A stretch of DNA of 64,000 bases from Octopus bimaculoides (lineage: Eukaryota): contig NC_068999.1 of the NCBI RefSeq assembly GCF_001194135.2, positions 24,803,255 to 24,867,254 on the forward strand, written 5' to 3'. The position numbers and the translations under genes were made by a program. Positions 62,269 through 64,000 of this stretch are shown in pieces (position 1 is the first letter of the stretch; the number at the start of each line of letters is the position of its first letter). A model generated the notes under the pieces. The model saw only the letters and a program-made list of their open reading frames with translations, was not told the origin of the DNA and did no database searches.

Positions 62269-63199
62269 NNNNNNNNNNNNNNNNNNNNNNNNNTATATAT
62301 ATATATATATATATATATGTACAAACACACACACACACACTTCACTCACTTTAGAATAGGGAAAAACACTTTTCTGTAAAACATCAAATATTCTGTTTGA
62401 AAGAATTACTATGGTTTTGCATAGCTTTTAAATTGAGATACGTTTTCATATAATGCAATTATGTATATATGTTCATTTTTGTGTAATGAAATTATATACA
62501 ATAATACATGAATATTTACATGATAACACAGTTAAAATAGTGATATGGGCAACTGCTCAGTTGTGATAGAAATAAAATGGTTTGCATTAGAAACAGTATT
62601 CTGCTATATGAGACCATTTCTAAGAGTGGAGCTACCATTGTTGTGTGCAAAGTATAACACTACTCTGTAATTTATATTAACATAATCAATAAAACACCAA
62701 TAATAGCATACAAAATCCTTTACACCGAGCATAAATACCTAACTTAACTAAAACTTATCTTGCCTAAACTGCTCACCTATCCTTAACATGAACCACTTCG
62801 ATGTTTTTAATATAATTTTAATTTTAGAGCTGAACTACTTCACCATATGAGATTCAAATAACTATTATGCAAGATATATAAACTTGAATATGGGTATAGA
62901 CTAACTTTATAACATAAATCAGGGCTTGCAAGAAGCTAATAAAATACATCATAAAATAAATACATAACAAACAGTAACTAGTAAATGCAAACTCATAAAA
63001 CTTTGGTAAAAATACTTAAAACTTTTAGGCACATACATAACATGTGTGTGTGTGTGTGTGTATAAAATCATTAGCACGTTAGGTAAAATATAATGTAAGT
63101 GTGCACATGTATGTTGTATAAATGGCAGAAGTTAACTTAGTCTGAGTATATCTTGGAAAGTGGTAAATTTCTTGGATATTATCATTGAAATGAACAAAG

Positions 63200-63900
63200 A
63201 GAGTTCATGGAGTTTCTGGCCAGTTCCAGAATTAAGCAAGCTTTGTTTAAACCACCTCTTATAAGCACTTCTTGTTTAACAGGTGAGCAGTGCTATCCTT
63301 GGAAATGGGTTAATCAGTCAATCAAGATGCTAATTAATTGATTGTGCCATAGCACAATCAATATTCCGAGCTGCCATTCTGCAGATTTACAATTATAAAC
63401 TTCAAAAAAGTCAGGTCTGTTCATTGCACTACACCACTTTGCCATAGAACTTTTTCCAAAGTGTGTTTTCCAAGAAGTTCCTGCACATGAAATTGATTAT
63501 AGTGAGTGAAGTGTGCACAAAGTTGCATTCACTTTTCAGGTAGAACAACTTTCCTTTCAGCAGCCCAGCATTGGCTGTGACAAGCTGAATGATTCTATCT
63601 TCAAGATAGACATTTAACAAGAAATAGAGGTCCATCATTCTGAGGTAGTTTTGTGATGCACTTGTTCAGCATCACATTTATTTCTATGTCCCTGTGAAAT
63701 TATTAGGTGTTGAACTAATGTTGGGTTCTTCCAACCTGTTGACTGATATTGTTTTTTTGTCCTGCTAATTTTGAACACCCCCATCGCTGCACAAGCCTCG
63801 TTGGAAAGCTGGTTTAGTTAGCAACCATCTTACCAGCAGGTTGTACAGAACTACACATTACCAGTAGCATTTGTGAACAACCAGACACATATCACATATC
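63200..63900 (-). mobile_element. RTE-like LINE C-terminal relic
   Basis: LLNVYLEDRII...KKFYGKVV resembles the IL.I.W.DR+.N...P+.+FYGEL segment; very decayed. Confidence 0.5.
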
Positions 63901-64000
63901 TATACATCCATCCATCCGTCCGTCCGTCCATCCATCCATCCGTCCCTCCATCCATCCATCCATCCATCCATACATACATACATACATCTATCCATACATA

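Noticed and set aside
1-64000. CRISPR arrays, rRNA genes, operons or prokaryotic systems
   Set aside because: No regularly spaced repeat-spacer array or rRNA similarity was seen; the sequence is intron-rich eukaryotic DNA.

Overview
AT-rich, repeat-dense animal genomic DNA with ten N-gaps. The SINE, RTE, mariner and microsatellite content suggests an octopus (coleoid cephalopod) assembly, which is an inference. Two convergent protein-coding genes can be built from splice sites and reading frame. On + are the last 8 coding exons of PCID2 (2441-13700, 218 aa plus stop). On - are the last 4 coding exons of a divergent Na+/K+-ATPase beta-subunit family gene (58139 to 37777); no transmembrane-domain exon was found in the window. 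The rest is mostly transposon-derived: tRNA-headed SINEs, RTE, Tx1/L1-like and R4/Dong-like LINEs, Penelope-like elements, mariner and maT transposons, and hAT, piggyBac and fold-back MITEs. The most unusual observations are: decayed hammerhead-ribozyme motifs at Penelope-type ends, one on a tRNA-headed SINE; three non-LTR retrotransposons stacked on one (TAA)n microsatellite; a beta-subunit ectodomain with an odd seventh cysteine and a rewritten KLN motif; a pre-miRNA-like hairpin; and a fold-back inversion at the end of an RTE that carries a PHD finger inside its RT. All calls are by eye, no database searches were run, and repeat boundaries are approximate.
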